From: Candidatus Methylopumilus sp.
Lineage (GTDB): Bacteria > Pseudomonadota > Gammaproteobacteria > Burkholderiales > Methylophilaceae
Direction: 5' to 3'
Assembly (NCBI GenBank): GCA_040401435.1
Contig: JBBAON010000005.1
Span: 9,310-73,309 of the forward strand
Length of the DNA: 64,000 bases
The position numbers were made by a program, and so were the translations under genes. The notes under the pieces are model-generated. The model was given only the letters and a program-made list of their open reading frames with translations, ran no database searches and was not told where the DNA came from. Within the stretch, counting starts at the first letter, position 1, and each line of letters opens with the position of its first letter. This document shows positions 24,059 through 35,762 of the stretch, piece by piece.

Positions 24059-25486
24059 TTAGCGAGGTAGTGTTGAAGAGCCCATTAAGAATTCATCCAC
24101 CGCTCGGGCACACTGACGACCCTCACGGATTGCCCAAACTACAAGCGATTGGCCGCGGCGCATATCACCAGCCGCAAATACTTTTGCTTTGGTGGTTGTG
24201 TAGCAACCCACGCCATCAGTCGTTGCTTTGGCATTACCGCGGGCATCTTTTTCAACGCCAAAAGCATCGAGTACCTTTTGCATAGGACTTACAAAGCCCA
24301 TTGCCAGCAGTACTAAGTCCGCTTTAACCGTAAATTCAGAGCCTGGTACTTCTACCATTTTGCCGTTTTTCCACTCTACCTTAGCACCTTTGAGTGCAGT
24401 GACCTTGCCATTCTCACCAATGATTTCTTTAGTAGTAATCGACCAGTCACGGTCACAGCCTTCTTCGTGTGAGCTTGAGGTACGGAGTTTAAGCGGCCAG
24501 TTTGGCCAAACCATGTTCTTATTTTCTTTTTCTGGGGGTTGAGGCATTACTTCAAATTGCGTAATCGATATAGCGCCATGACGGTTAGACGTACCCACGC
24601 AGTCAGAGCCAGTATCGCCTCCGCCAATCACCACCACATGCTTATTCGTTGCCATGATTTGGTTAGGTACAGTATCGCCAGCCACCACTTTGTTTTGTGG
24701 ACGAAGGAAATCCATCGCGAAATGCACACCATCAAGCTCGCGGCCTGTCACTGGCAAATCACGTGGGTTTTCAGCACCACCCGCTAAAACCACTGCATCG
24801 AAATCTTTGCTTAAATCTTCAGCACTAACGTTCTCACCAACAATATGATTTACGCGGAACTCAACGCCTTCCGCTTCCATTTGTTCAACACGGCGGTCGA
24901 TATGACTCTTTTCAAACTTGAAGTCAGGGATGCCGTAACGTAGCAAACCACCCACGCGCGTTTCTTTCTCAAATACGACAACGTTGTGACCTGCACGCGC
25001 CAACTGCTGGGCTGCTGCCATGCCTGCAGGGCCTGAGCCAACAATGGCAACTTTCTTACCTGTTTTGTGCGCTGGTGGTTGTGGAACCACCCAGTTATTT
25101 TCCCAAGCTTTATCAATAATCGCGTGCTCAATAGACTTAATGCCTACCGCATCATCATTAATATTGAGCGTACATGCTGCCTCACAAGGCGCTGGGCAAA
25201 TACGACCAGTAAACTCTGGGAAATTATTGGTTGAGTGCAGTACATCAATCGCAGCGCGCCAATCTTGTTGGTAAACCAAGTCATTCCAATCAGGAATGAT
25301 ATTATTGACTGGGCAACCTGAAACACAAAAAGGAATGCCGCAATCCATACATCGTGCACCTTGGACTTTAGCTTGGTCGTCGGTGAGATGAAGCACAAAT
25401 TCTTTGTAATTTTTTACGCGATCAGTGACTGGTAGATTAGCCTCTGAAAGACGTTCAAATTCCATAAAGCCGGTAACTTTACCCAT
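24059..25486 (-). CDS. gltD: Glutamate synthase small subunit
   Basis: [10 protein letters not shown] Fe-S motif, [15 protein letters not shown]. Confidence 0.97.
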   Translation of the reverse strand: MGKVTGFMEFERLSEANLPVTDRVKNYKEFVLHLTDDQAKVQGARCMDCGIPFCVSGCPVNNIIPDWNDLVYQQDWRAAIDVLHSTNNFPEFTGRICPAPCEAACTLNINDDAVGIKSIEHAIIDKAWENNWVVPQPPAHKTGKKVAIVGSGPAGMAAAQQLARAGHNVVVFEKETRVGGLLRYGIPDFKFEKSHIDRRVEQMEAEGVEFRVNHIVGENVSAEDLSKDFDAVVLAGGAENPRDLPVTGRELDGVHFAMDFLRPQNKVVAGDTVPNQIMATNKHVVVIGGGDTGSDCVGTSNRHGAISITQFEVMPQPPEKENKNMVWPNWPLKLRTSSSHEEGCDRDWSITTKEIIGENGKVTALKGAKVEWKNGKMVEVPGSEFTVKADLVLLAMGFVSPMQKVLDAFGVEKDARGNAKATTDGVGCYTTTKAKVFAAGDMRRGQSLVVWAIREGRQCARAVDEFLMGSSTLPR

Positions 25487-25488
25487 GA

Positions 25489-28400
25489 TTATGCAGCCTC
25501 CTTCTCGGCAGCAGCGAGCTCTTTAAGCGCGCGTTTGTATTCATTTGGCATGACTTTCACAAATTTACTTCTCGCATTTTCCCAGTCAGCGCGAAGTGCT
25601 TGCGCACGTTCACTGCCAGTGTAAGCGATGTGTTTGTCGATTAATGCTAGGAGTATGCTTTCATCCGCTTGGTTCAAGTGGTTGATGCTGCCTGCAATAA
25701 ATGTTGAAGCGGCTCCCACTTTTTCAAGTGAAACCATGGCCATATTGCAACGCTTGTTGAACATGCCATCCTCGTCAAAAACATAAGCAACGCCGCCCGA
25801 CATACCCGCAGCAAAGTTAAGACCCGTTTGACCAAGGACGACCACCGTACCACCTGTCATGTATTCACAGCCGTGGTTACCAACGCCTTCAACTACTGCG
25901 CTTGCGCCAGAGTTACGAACGCAGAATCGTTCGCCAGCTACGCCGCGGAAATAGCTTTCGCCAGAGGTTGCACCAAACATCACAGTATTGCCCGCAATCA
26001 CGTTTTCATGCGCTATGCCGCGGAATGCGACAGGTGGTTTGATCACGATGCGGCCGCCACATAAGCCCTTGCCCACGTAGTCATTACCCTCACCTGTTAA
26101 TTCAATACTAATACCATGCGCTAAGAACGCCGCAAAACTTTGACCCGCGGTGCCTTTAAGCTTGATGTTGATGGTGTCATGAGGTAAGCCAGCATTGCCG
26201 TAAAGCGTTGCGACTTGGTTAGACAACATGGTGCCGAAAGTACGGTTTGTATTTGTTATTGGCAAATCAATCGTGACTTTTTCGCCTTTTTCTAAGGCAG
26301 GTTTTGCAAGTGCAATTAATTGATTATCAAATGCATTTTTCAAGCCATGGTCTTGCACATCATTGTTAAACAATGAAACAGACTGATCTACTTTGGGTTG
26401 ATGGAATATTTTGCTGAAATCAAGACCAGCAAGCTTCCAATGATCAATACCTTTTTGCATATCGAGCAAATCAGCGCGGCCAATTAAATCGTTAAATTGA
26501 CGGATACCCATGCCCGCCATCAATTCACGTACCTCTTCAGCGATGAAGAAGAAGTAATTCACAACGTGCTCAGGTTGACCTGTAAAGCGTTTACGTAGTT
26601 CAGGATCTTGCGTTGCAACGCCGACAGGGCAAGTGTTGAGATGGCATTTACGCATCATGATGCAGCCTTCAACTACAAGCGGTGCAGTGGCGAAACCGAA
26701 CTCGTCAGCACCCAAGAGAGCGCCAATCAATACATCGCGGCCCGTCTTCATCTGACCGTCAACTTGTAATTTGATGCGCCCACGCAATTGATTAAGTACC
26801 AGCGTTTGCTGCGTTTCAGCAAGACCAAGCTCCCACGGTGTGCCCGCATGCTTGATTGATGAGATTGGCGATGCGCCAGTGCCGCCGTCATGACCAGCTA
26901 CCACGATGTGGTCTGATTTTGCTTTTGCAACACCTGCTGCAACAGTACCAATACCGGTTTCAGAAACCAATTTCACAGAGATATCAGCTTTTGGATTTGC
27001 GTTCTTCAAATCGTGAATCAGCTGTGCCAAATCTTCAATAGAGTAAATATCGTGATGCGGTGGCGGTGAGATCAAGCCAACGCCAGACACTGAGAAACGT
27101 AGCTGTGCAATATAAGGACTTACCTTATGGCCAGGTAACTGACCACCTTCACCCGGTTTTGCACCTTGCGCCATTTTGATTTGAATTTGGTCAGCGTTCG
27201 CTAGGTATTCAGCAGTCACACCAAAACGGCCTGAAGCAACTTGCTTAATTTTTGAGCGCATTGAATCGCCAGCTTGAAGCGGAATGTCTCTTTCAATCAA
27301 GCTCGCACCGATGACTTCAGCCATTGAACTCGCTTTTGCCACAGAGATGAAGCGTTTAGGATCTTCGCCGCCCTCACCGGTATTTGATTTACCACCGATG
27401 CGGTTCATCGCAATTGCTAGCGTGGCATGTGCTTCCGTCGAAATAGAACCCAAAGACATCGCGCCAGTTGCAAAACGTTTAACGATTTCTTTCGCTGACT
27501 CAACTTCTTCTAATGGCACAGGTGCACCAGCAGATTTAATCTCGAACAAGCTGCGCAGCGTCATGTGACGACGGCTTTGGTCGTTGATCAGTTTTGCATA
27601 TTCTTTGTATGTGCTGGCTTCACCAGTTCGCGTTGCAAGTTGTAATTTTGCAATCGAGTCCGGTGTCCACATATGCTCTTCACCGCGAATACGGAAGGCA
27701 TATTCCCCACCTGCTTCTAACGTATTTGTTAGCACTGGGTCATTACCGAATGCAGCGGTATGGAGGTTGAAACTCTCTGTTGAAACCTCTTCTAAGCCAA
27801 TGCCTTCGATGTGAGTTGCAGTACCAGTAAAGTACTTCTCTATAAACGGTGTATTCAAGCCGATCGCTTCAAAGATTTGCGCGCCGCAGTAAGATTGGTA
27901 AGTTGAAATGCCCATCTTAGACATGACCTTATGCAAACCTTTGCTGATGGCTTTAATAAAGTTTTTATTCGCTTCATAAGGATCGCTGCCCACCATGTCT
28001 GCAATCGTTTGGAATGCGAGCCAAGGACAGACCGCCTCAGCACCGTAACCACCAAGCAAAGCGAAGTGATGCACTTCACGAGCAGAACCTGTGTCGACCA
28101 CTAAACCAGTGCTAGTTCTTAACCCTGCACGCACCAAAGATTGATGGGTGGCAGAGGTTGCTAACAAAGCTGGGATCGCTAAACGATCTTTACTGATTGC
28201 GCGGTCTGAGAGAATTAATAAGTTAATGCCATCATGTACCGATTTGCTTGCCGCAGCGCAGAGCGCCTCAACTGCTGAGGCCATGCCTGCTTTACCTTGC
28301 GCTACCGGATAGGTGATATCCAATGTCAAAGCGCGGAATTGGTTTTGCGTGAGCGTATCAATTGATTTGAGTTGTTCTAATTCAGCTAGCGTGAGCACAG

Positions 28401-30114
28401 GCTGGCTGGCTTCTAAGCGCATTGCTGGATTGGTTTCCTCGATGCCAAGTAGATTTGGTTTTGGACCAATGAACGTCACCAATGACATTACTAACTCTTC
28501 ACGAATTGGGTCGATTGGTGGATTAGTCACCTGTGCAAACAACTGTTTGAAGTAGTTGTAAATAATTTTTGGTTTGTTCGATAGCACAGACAATGCGCTG
28601 TCGTTGCCCATAGAGCCTGAAGCCTCTTCGCCGTTCGCAATCATTGGCTGCATCACGAACTTGATATCTTCTTGTGTGTAGCCAAACGCTTGTTGTGTAT
28701 CAAGCAAGCTTGCAGCCATCACTGGCTTTGCTTCGACTTTTGGTAGATCCGCTAATGAATAGCGTGATTTTTCAATCCAAGCTTTGTATGGTTTCGCGGC
28801 GGCAAGACTCTTCTTGATGTCTGCATCATCAATGATGCGGCCTTCTTCAAGATCAATCAGCAACATCTTGCCTGGTTGCAAGCGCCATTTTTTGATTATT
28901 TTTTCTTCTGGAAATGTCAACACGCCCATTTCGGAAGCCATCATTACATGATCGTCATCCGTTAATAGATAACGTGCTGGACGCAAGCCATTGCGGTCAA
29001 GGGTTGCGCCAATTGTGGTGCCGTCAGTAAATGCAACCGCTGCTGGACCATCCCAAGGCTCCATTAAAGCGGCGTGATATTCATAAAACGCGCGGCGGTC
29101 ATCTTCCATGAGTTTATTTGCGCTCTCGTTAGACCATGCTTCTGGAATCAACATCATCATCGCGTGTGGCAATGAATATCCACCAGCCACTAGTAACTCA
29201 AGTGCATTATCAAACGCAGCTGAGTCAGATTGACCTTCTACAATGAGTGGCCATAGCTTTTCTAAATCTTCGCCCATCAACGCTGAACGCATTGATTCGT
29301 GACGCGCTGCCATCCAGTTAATATTGCCTTGTACGGTGTTAATTTCACCGTTATGCGCAATCATGCGGAACGGATGTGCTAAGTCCCATGCAGGGAAAGT
29401 ATTGGTTGAGAAGCGTTGGTGCACTAAAGCAAGTGCAGACATCATCTCCGGGTCGTTTAAATCGGTATAGTAAACACCAACTTCATTGGCAAGAAGCATG
29501 CCTTTGTAGATGATCGTTTTTGATGACAAAGATGGAAAATAGAATTGCGCAGAATCATCCAACTTGAGCGCACGTACTTCATGCTCGATGCGCTTACGAA
29601 TCACAAATAATTTGCGTTCAAAAGTATTTTGGTCAGCAACGTTTTCACCGCGACCAATAAATACTTGGCGCATCACTGGCTCAACATCTTTTGCTGCCTG
29701 CGCAATGTTACTGTTGTCGCGAGGAACATCTCGCCAACCCAATAATGTTTGTGCTTCTTCGTGAATGATGCGCGCCACAATAGACTCACACGCTTCACGG
29801 CCATTTTTAGTTTGAGGTAGGAATGCTGTACCGCAAGCATAGCTTCCAACTGCAGGGAGATTAATGCCAAGCTTGGTCGCTTCTTTGCGCATAAATGCGT
29901 CTGGCATTTGAATCAAAATCCCGGCGCCATCGCCCAATTTTGGGTCGTGACCAGTCGCACCACGGTGAGTTAAGTTTGCGAGAATTTGTAAACCTTGCTG
30001 CACGATTTGATGGCTCTTTTTGCCTTTAATGTGCGCAACAAAACCAAGACCGCAAGCATCGCGCTCGTTAGAAGGACTATATAAACCTTGCTGCTCTGGC
30101 ATTCCGCTGCCCAT
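25489..30114 (-). CDS. gltB: Glutamate synthase large subunit
   Basis: ERDACGLGF propeptide/Cys1, [35 protein letters not shown]. Confidence 0.98.
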   Translation of the reverse strand: MGSGMPEQQGLYSPSNERDACGLGFVAHIKGKKSHQIVQQGLQILANLTHRGATGHDPKLGDGAGILIQMPDAFMRKEATKLGINLPAVGSYACGTAFLPQTKNGREACESIVARIIHEEAQTLLGWRDVPRDNSNIAQAAKDVEPVMRQVFIGRGENVADQNTFERKLFVIRKRIEHEVRALKLDDSAQFYFPSLSSKTIIYKGMLLANEVGVYYTDLNDPEMMSALALVHQRFSTNTFPAWDLAHPFRMIAHNGEINTVQGNINWMAARHESMRSALMGEDLEKLWPLIVEGQSDSAAFDNALELLVAGGYSLPHAMMMLIPEAWSNESANKLMEDDRRAFYEYHAALMEPWDGPAAVAFTDGTTIGATLDRNGLRPARYLLTDDDHVMMASEMGVLTFPEEKIIKKWRLQPGKMLLIDLEEGRIIDDADIKKSLAAAKPYKAWIEKSRYSLADLPKVEAKPVMAASLLDTQQAFGYTQEDIKFVMQPMIANGEEASGSMGNDSALSVLSNKPKIIYNYFKQLFAQVTNPPIDPIREELVMSLVTFIGPKPNLLGIEETNPAMRLEASQPVLTLAELEQLKSIDTLTQNQFRALTLDITYPVAQGKAGMASAVEALCAAASKSVHDGINLLILSDRAISKDRLAIPALLATSATHQSLVRAGLRTSTGLVVDTGSAREVHHFALLGGYGAEAVCPWLAFQTIADMVGSDPYEANKNFIKAISKGLHKVMSKMGISTYQSYCGAQIFEAIGLNTPFIEKYFTGTATHIEGIGLEEVSTESFNLHTAAFGNDPVLTNTLEAGGEYAFRIRGEEHMWTPDSIAKLQLATRTGEASTYKEYAKLINDQSRRHMTLRSLFEIKSAGAPVPLEEVESAKEIVKRFATGAMSLGSISTEAHATLAIAMNRIGGKSNTGEGGEDPKRFISVAKASSMAEVIGASLIERDIPLQAGDSMRSKIKQVASGRFGVTAEYLANADQIQIKMAQGAKPGEGGQLPGHKVSPYIAQLRFSVSGVGLISPPPHHDIYSIEDLAQLIHDLKNANPKADISVKLVSETGIGTVAAGVAKAKSDHIVVAGHDGGTGASPISSIKHAGTPWELGLAETQQTLVLNQLRGRIKLQVDGQMKTGRDVLIGALLGADEFGFATAPLVVEGCIMMRKCHLNTCPVGVATQDPELRKRFTGQPEHVVNYFFFIAEEVRELMAGMGIRQFNDLIGRADLLDMQKGIDHWKLAGLDFSKIFHQPKVDQSVSLFNNDVQDHGLKNAFDNQLIALAKPALEKGEKVTIDLPITNTNRTFGTMLSNQVATLYGNAGLPHDTINIKLKGTAGQSFAAFLAHGISIELTGEGNDYVGKGLCGGRIVIKPPVAFRGIAHENVIAGNTVMFGATSGESYFRGVAGERFCVRNSGASAVVEGVGNHGCEYMTGGTVVVLGQTGLNFAAGMSGGVAYVFDEDGMFNKRCNMAMVSLEKVGAASTFIAGSINHLNQADESILLALIDKHIAYTGSERAQALRADWENARSKFVKVMPNEYKRALKELAAAEKEAA

Positions 30115-30315
30115 TTCCTATCCCTCGTCAGTACTGATAAAAACGGACACCAAATCGAGGGTTTTGGTGTCCGCTAACCCCGTCAAGTCTGATTTTTTGT
30201 GAAAAAACAATATAAAAAATCAGCCCACGAGAAAATATAAATTAATCCGCATCGTTAACAGGTCATCCCATTTAAAAAAACGAAGCAACATGGGCGATAT
30301 ATTTCGCGGTGAAAC
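30115..30315 (-). promoter_or_regulatory. Long structured 5' leader of gltB (candidate cis-regulatory RNA)
   Basis: Inverted repeats at 30189-30223 (10 bp) and 30144-30173 (11 bp, followed by U5); second loop complementary to the putative SD at 30122-30127. Confidence 0.5.
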
Positions 30316-30321
30316 CTTGTA

Positions 30322-30350
30322 ATTCTATATACATTAACGCTCTGCTTCAA
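30322..30350 (-). promoter_or_regulatory. Putative sigma70 promoter of gltBD
   Basis: Minus strand TTGAAG-N17-TAGAAT. Confidence 0.6.
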
Positions 30351-30396
30351 CCTACATATGCATGTAAAGTTTGGCTTTTGCAGAAAATTAAGTAAG

Positions 30397-31689
30397 TTAT
30401 TTTGCAGCTTTCATCGTCACAAATACTTTTTTAGCTGCTGCAATAGTTGCATCGATGTCTGCATCACTGTGTGCTGCAGAAATAAACCCAGCCTCAAAGG
30501 CTGACGGTGCTAGGTAAAATCCTGCATCTAACATGGCATGAAAGAACTGATTGAATGCTTCTTTATCAGACTGCATGACCTCGTCAAAGCTGTTCGGCAC
30601 CTTCTCACTAAAGTAAAGACCAAACATCCCACCCACTGATTGCGCGCTAAAAGAAATCCCGATTTCTTTTGCGACGTTGCTGAGTCCATCGACCAAGCGT
30701 TTTGCACTCGCTGTAAGTTTTTCATGAAAGCCTGGCGCCTGAATCAACTCCAATGTTTTCATGCCAGCGGCAACAGCGACAGGGTTGCCTGACAAAGTGC
30801 CTGCTTGATAAACAGGGCCAACAGGTGCTAAGCATTGCATGATGTCTGCGCGACCACCAAAAGCGCCAACCGGTAAGCCACCACCAATTACTTTTCCAAG
30901 CGTCGTGAGATCTGGCTTAACGTTGTAGAGGGCTTGTGCGCCCCCAAGAGCCACGCGAAACCCTGTCATCACTTCATCAAATATCAATACAGCGCCATAC
31001 TTGGTACATTGCTCACGCAGTGCCTCTAAAAAGCCTTTGCTAGGCGCAATCAAATTCATATTACCTGGAACTGGTTCGACAATCACACAGGCAATTTCGT
31101 TGCCAATTTCTTTGAATAATGCTTCCAAGCCAGGAACATCATTGTAATTGAGGGTCAGTGTATGGGCAGCCACTTCAGGTGGAACACCAGCAGAGTTTGG
31201 TGTGCCAAAAGTGAGCAGACCAGATCCAGCTTTTACCAATAATGCGTCGGCATGGCCGTGATAACAGCCTTCAAACTTCACAATTTTGCTACGACCAGTA
31301 AATCCTCGAGCTACACGAATCGCACTCATCGTGGCTTCTGTTCCTGAGCTGACAAGTCTAAGCTGTTCCATGCTGGGTACGAGTTTGCTGACCATCTCAG
31401 CCATTTCTAATTCACGTGCTGTAGGCGCACCAAATGAAAGACTATTGATTGCAACTTCTTGAACCGTTTTAATAACCTCTGGATGCGCATGCCCTAAAAT
31501 CATCGGCCCCCAAGACCCAATATAGTCGATATATTCTTTATCATCTTCATCCCATAGCTTTGAGCCAAGGCCACGTTTAAAAAACACGGGCGTGCCGCCT
31601 ACTGAGCGAAAAGCGCGCACTGGTGAATTCACACCGCCGGGAATGAGTTTTTGGGATTTTTCAAAAAGCTGTTGATTACGTGATGTCAT
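30397..31689 (-). CDS. hemL: Glutamate-1-semialdehyde 2,1-aminomutase
   Basis: [35 protein letters not shown]; start moved to ATG 31689. Confidence 0.97.
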   Translation of the reverse strand: MTSRNQQLFEKSQKLIPGGVNSPVRAFRSVGGTPVFFKRGLGSKLWDEDDKEYIDYIGSWGPMILGHAHPEVIKTVQEVAINSLSFGAPTARELEMAEMVSKLVPSMEQLRLVSSGTEATMSAIRVARGFTGRSKIVKFEGCYHGHADALLVKAGSGLLTFGTPNSAGVPPEVAAHTLTLNYNDVPGLEALFKEIGNEIACVIVEPVPGNMNLIAPSKGFLEALREQCTKYGAVLIFDEVMTGFRVALGGAQALYNVKPDLTTLGKVIGGGLPVGAFGGRADIMQCLAPVGPVYQAGTLSGNPVAVAAGMKTLELIQAPGFHEKLTASAKRLVDGLSNVAKEIGISFSAQSVGGMFGLYFSEKVPNSFDEVMQSDKEAFNQFFHAMLDAGFYLAPSAFEAGFISAAHSDADIDATIAAAKKVFVTMKAAK

Positions 31690-31708
31690 GATGAATATGC
31701 CTAATGGC

Positions 31709-32335
31709 TTAAAAAAATGATGAAAATTGTTGTGCGCAAGGCCGGATTTCTTGTACATCCTTACTAAATAGTTCGCCAATCACTGCAACAGCAGAAGCGC
31801 CTGCAGTAACAACACTTCCAGCATTTTCTAGTGTAATACCCCCAATGGCAACAGAAGGAATATTTAACGTTTTGGCTAGTGCAAACAAATTAAGTTCTGC
31901 GCGAGGTGCATTTGGTTTGGTATTTGATGAAAAACATGCCCCAAAAGCAATGTAGTCGGCACCAAGTTTCACTGCTTTTTGGGCGCGAGCAAAGTCTCCG
32001 TAACAGGAAACCCCTAAAATCTTATCTGCCCCAATTTGGGCTCGAGCGGCTGCAATATCGCCATCATCACCCCCAATATGAACGCCCGCTGCATCTAGAT
32101 CTAAACAAAGCGTAATGTGGTCATTGATGATCAAAGGAGTTTGGTAGTTTCTGCACAACGTCAATAAAGCCTGTGCTTGAGTAATGCGGTGTGCGTTTTT
32201 GGCCACTTTGTTACGATATTGAATCACACGGGCACCGCCAAGAATACTTTCTTCCACCATCTTGCAGAGTTGATCGGTGTCTTCTAAGTCCGGCGTAATG
32301 GCATACAGGCCATGAATCTTGGCGCTATTGAACAT
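31709..32335 (-). CDS. thiE: Thiamine-phosphate synthase
   Basis: GLYAIT, QYRNK, IIND, GVHIG, AIGGIT; start moved to ATG 32335. Confidence 0.92.
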   Translation of the reverse strand: MFNSAKIHGLYAITPDLEDTDQLCKMVEESILGGARVIQYRNKVAKNAHRITQAQALLTLCRNYQTPLIINDHITLCLDLDAAGVHIGGDDGDIAAARAQIGADKILGVSCYGDFARAQKAVKLGADYIAFGACFSSNTKPNAPRAELNLFALAKTLNIPSVAIGGITLENAGSVVTAGASAVAVIGELFSKDVQEIRPCAQQFSSFF

Positions 32336-32346
32336 CGTGCTTCTAA

Positions 32347-33174
32347 CTACTCTTCCTCGTCGTCGCGTGCCCAGAACATCCGGTCGGGGATATATTGGCC
32401 CATGCCAGGACGGAAGCCGGCTTTGAGGGTTTGCCAGGTGTATTCTTGGGCTTCCAGGATGGCTTCTTCCATGCTCAAACCATGAGCGATGCAAGCCGCA
32501 ATAGCAGAGGTGAGTGTGCAACCAGAGCCATGATAGCTTCCTGGCAAGCGTTCCCAGTTATAGGCTTTAATCAGTCCTGTTTCACCATAAAGAGTGTTAA
32601 CTACTTCGTGAGAGCGCTCATGCGTGCCGGTGATCAACACATATTCACAGCCAATATCTAATAATCGTTGTGCGCTTTCGTCCAGTGAGGCATTTTCTGC
32701 CTCATCAGAGTCATCGTTGTAAAAAGCTAAACGACGCGCCTCAATACTATTAGGGGTAATTAACGTTGCTTGTGGGAAAAGCAAATCAATCATTGCCGCT
32801 TGAACATTATCATTCGCAAGTTCATCTCCACGCCCTGAAGATAGCACTGGGTCTATCAGTAATGGAGTGTCTGGATAGTCCGCCATAATTTCGGCGATGA
32901 CGGCTACATTTTCAACGCTACCCATCATGCCGATTTTAAAAGCCATGACCTGCATGTCTTCTAAAATGGTGCGTGCCTGTTCATCAATCCAGTCCGCATC
33001 AAAAATCATTACATTTTCAACGCCTACGGTATCTTGAACAGTGATGCCTGTCACCACAGAAAGTGGGTGGCAACCAATGCTAGCAAAAGTCAGAATGTCT
33101 GCCTGCAAGCCAGCTCCACTACTAGGGTCTGTGGCAGCAAAAGTCATTACTGATGGTGGCATGAGATTTTTCAT
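32347..33174 (-). CDS. thiD: Hydroxymethylpyrimidine(-P) kinase family protein
   Basis: DPSSGAGLQAD, ITPN, HGSGCTL; thiD-thiE-hemL synteny. Confidence 0.88.
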   Translation of the reverse strand: MKNLMPPSVMTFAATDPSSGAGLQADILTFASIGCHPLSVVTGITVQDTVGVENVMIFDADWIDEQARTILEDMQVMAFKIGMMGSVENVAVIAEIMADYPDTPLLIDPVLSSGRGDELANDNVQAAMIDLLFPQATLITPNSIEARRLAFYNDDSDEAENASLDESAQRLLDIGCEYVLITGTHERSHEVVNTLYGETGLIKAYNWERLPGSYHGSGCTLTSAIAACIAHGLSMEEAILEAQEYTWQTLKAGFRPGMGQYIPDRMFWARDDEEE

Positions 33175-33277
33175 GGTGTGTAAATTGGCGTGAAACGCAC
33201 GTTAAAACTGAATACCGTATTCTAGCTTAAAACCGAGGGGCGAATTGAGAAACAAGGATTTTCGACTGGATGATATT

Positions 33278-33324
33278 TGGAGCGGGTGACGGGAATCGAA
33301 CTCGCTTATCGTTCTTGGGAAGCT
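33278..33324 (-). repeat. att-like degenerate copy of the tRNA-Gly 3' part
   Basis: 43/47 identical to 35763-35809; the 24 nt at the CCA end are identical. Confidence 0.92.
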
Positions 33325-34046
33325 GGTGACCCACAATAATTTAAAACGAGTGTGGAAAAACTATAGGCGACGATAGCCGCCACGATAAAAACAATAAAAA
33401 ATGAAAATATCACATCACTCAAAAAATGTGCGCCATTCATCATTCTAGTTAAGCCGACTAAACCACCTAAAATAAGCCCGCTGATCAACCAAGTTTTACG
33501 GCGACTCACAAAAAACCCAACACACAATGCGAAACCTGCCGCCGCATGCCCACTAGTAAAAGAACAATTATGCTTGCATTGATCCGAAATAATCCATGCT
33601 GGGGTGAATTGATGTTTACCATCAAACTCCTGTAAGGTCCGCGGACGGGCTCGCCCCCAATGTTCTTTAGCAACTCCATTCACAGCTATTAATGGACCAG
33701 CCAGTAAACTCAACATCACAATAGCGACATAAAAGGCCCTAGCATTCTTTTTAAGCATGAGTAACACGAAAGTGATAATACTGATAAATATTGCCATCCT
33801 TGAAATAACATCTACCGTTTTATATATAAACTCCAAAAATGCAGATTGCGCCAACCAAAAACCTGAATAATTTGTAGCGGGAATTCTTAATTTCTCATCA
33901 TAAAACCAATGGCTTGCTATTAAATCAAGTTGTGAAAAATTTACAAAAAGAATACCCAAAAGTATGCAAATTGGCACACTTATTTTTAACGCTTGTAAGC
34001 TACGGGCCTTAGTAAATCTTGAAAAAGCAATAAGCTCTGCTGACAT
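33306..34046 (-). CDS. PAP2-family membrane phosphatase, lipid A 4'-phosphatase (LpxF)-like
   Basis: KEHWGRARP, CSFTSGH, RMMNGAHFLSD PAP2 motifs; several TMs. Confidence 0.85.
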   Translation of the reverse strand: MSAELIAFSRFTKARSLQALKISVPICILLGILFVNFSQLDLIASHWFYDEKLRIPATNYSGFWLAQSAFLEFIYKTVDVISRMAIFISIITFVLLMLKKNARAFYVAIVMLSLLAGPLIAVNGVAKEHWGRARPRTLQEFDGKHQFTPAWIISDQCKHNCSFTSGHAAAGFALCVGFFVSRRKTWLISGLILGGLVGLTRMMNGAHFLSDVIFSFFIVFIVAAIVAYSFSTLVLNYCGSPASQER

Positions 34047-35638
34047 TAAGGATAACCTCTAAAATTTCGCACCTCGAAAGCATAGGCATTGCGACTTGTG
34101 CCACCAATATTAATGGCAGACAAGGCAGGGGCTTGAATTTGCAGTACATCCTCAAATGAGGCTTTTAACATTGCGATTTCTGATTTGGCTGGCTGGTTTG
34201 TCAATATAAGTAGCATCGTGCCGCTCGCCTTTTGATTTGCATTAGCTAAATCATAAAACCAATTATAGTGATTATCCTTATGCCTTGAAGGGTTCCAAGA
34301 CAAAGGTGGATAAGCTTCAGGGTATGCGTAAGTTGATAACTCCGCAAGCAAGTATCTATCGTCCGTTATTACGCGCATCGGTTTAGTGTGAAGGTATGAC
34401 TTTGTCCAAAGTGCAACTTCCTTCCAGCCTTCTAATTTTCGCAAAGGGTTTAATTTCGCAACCCTTAATTCCGCCGATGACGCTAGCCAATGTGGAACTG
34501 CAATCATAAAAATAGTACACAGCAATCCAAACACGATTGAGGCGAAAACCAATTTTTTCACGATTGCCTCACTCACATATTGCCTTATTCTCAACACCCA
34601 AAAACTAGCCACTAAAATGCTACCTGAAACATAAGCAACCACCGCCCAATTGCTAAACGCGCGACTCATAAAAGCTTGGAATAGGATTAAAAAAAGCATA
34701 GGCCAAGTAAAAATCCGCAAACATTGCATAGCTTGAATCTCTTTTTGTGGCAAATTGAACTTCGCCTTTTTTAGCAAACTAGCGAGAATTAAAGATAAAA
34801 ACGTCAACGGGCCAAACACTATAAACTGTGCCAAAAAAAAGCTTAAAAACTCAACAACAGCCTTTTTGAATTCCCAAGCACCCGAGGTAGCCGAATTCAG
34901 ATGAGAAATCTCGATATGGTGCTCTAGCGTTGGGAAGCCAGTACTGATATTCCATAAAATATTGGGCGAAAATACTAAAAGCGCAATCAATAACGAAAAC
35001 AATGCCTTAGGATTTAATTTGCTATCTTTACTTCGCTCTAATTGATAGAGCGCTATGCCAGCACTAATAATAAACATCAGCATTGCATACTTAGTGAGGC
35101 TGCCTAAACCTACTGCGATACCGCAAACCCACCAAGGCCACCAAACATTTGGGGTTTTAATTGCAAAAACAAAGCTAAAAAATGCGATTGACCACCACAT
35201 CAGCAACCAAGCGTCAGTCGTAGCAACCAAGCTATAAAAGCCGACGAATGGCAATGTAATAAAAATCAGGCCACTTAGCAGGGTAATTGCATATTCCTCA
35301 AACAACTGCCAAGCACTTGCCATGATAAAAAGACTGGCAATAAACAGTGCAGGAGCTTGCAACATGCGCGTGCAACCTTCTACTTGATGAATATTTAATG
35401 TCGAACAAACTGTTTGTCCAACTCCAAGTATCCATGCGATAAAGGGTGGCTTGGAATAATACCCAGCTGAAAAACTTCTCGCCCAGCCTGCATATTGCGC
35501 TTCGTCTACTTGTAGCGAGTAAGGAGACCAGAACACGGAAATCAAACGCAATATCGTCAAAATTGCCATCGCAATTAATAAAACGCGAAGTTGCTTTTGG
35601 CTTATCTTTTGTTCTATAAGGTGCAATTTACTCAACAA
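34046..35638 (-). CDS. ArnT/Rgt-like (GT-C fold) lipid-linked-sugar glycosyltransferase
   Basis: DEAQY..W, GYYSKPP, TTDA, LTKY motifs; many TMs; TAATG coupling to the PAP2 gene; TTG start. Confidence 0.85.
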   Translation of the reverse strand: MLSKLHLIEQKISQKQLRVLLIAMAILTILRLISVFWSPYSLQVDEAQYAGWARSFSAGYYSKPPFIAWILGVGQTVCSTLNIHQVEGCTRMLQAPALFIASLFIMASAWQLFEEYAITLLSGLIFITLPFVGFYSLVATTDAWLLMWWSIAFFSFVFAIKTPNVWWPWWVCGIAVGLGSLTKYAMLMFIISAGIALYQLERSKDSKLNPKALFSLLIALLVFSPNILWNISTGFPTLEHHIEISHLNSATSGAWEFKKAVVEFLSFFLAQFIVFGPLTFLSLILASLLKKAKFNLPQKEIQAMQCLRIFTWPMLFLILFQAFMSRAFSNWAVVAYVSGSILVASFWVLRIRQYVSEAIVKKLVFASIVFGLLCTIFMIAVPHWLASSAELRVAKLNPLRKLEGWKEVALWTKSYLHTKPMRVITDDRYLLAELSTYAYPEAYPPLSWNPSRHKDNHYNWFYDLANANQKASGTMLLILTNQPAKSEIAMLKASFEDVLQIQAPALSAINIGGTSRNAYAFEVRNFRGYP

Positions 35639-35762
35639 AATACTTCCTATAATCCTAAATTATGAAATAAACCGTGATTAGCGAGCACGCAGTGACACTG
35701 CTAAGTTCTGCAACAGCAAAAGTTCAAACGATTGGTGGTTTAATATTTATGTATCTCTTTCT

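Noticed and set aside
33175-33277. TPP riboswitch upstream of thiD (also checked upstream of thiS)
   Set aside because: No CTGAGA or ACCTGA core motifs in either leader.
35689-35701. Palindrome GCAGTG-A-CACTGC between the tRNA and the glycosyltransferase
   Set aside because: Single 13-bp instance with no matching regulator or second copy.
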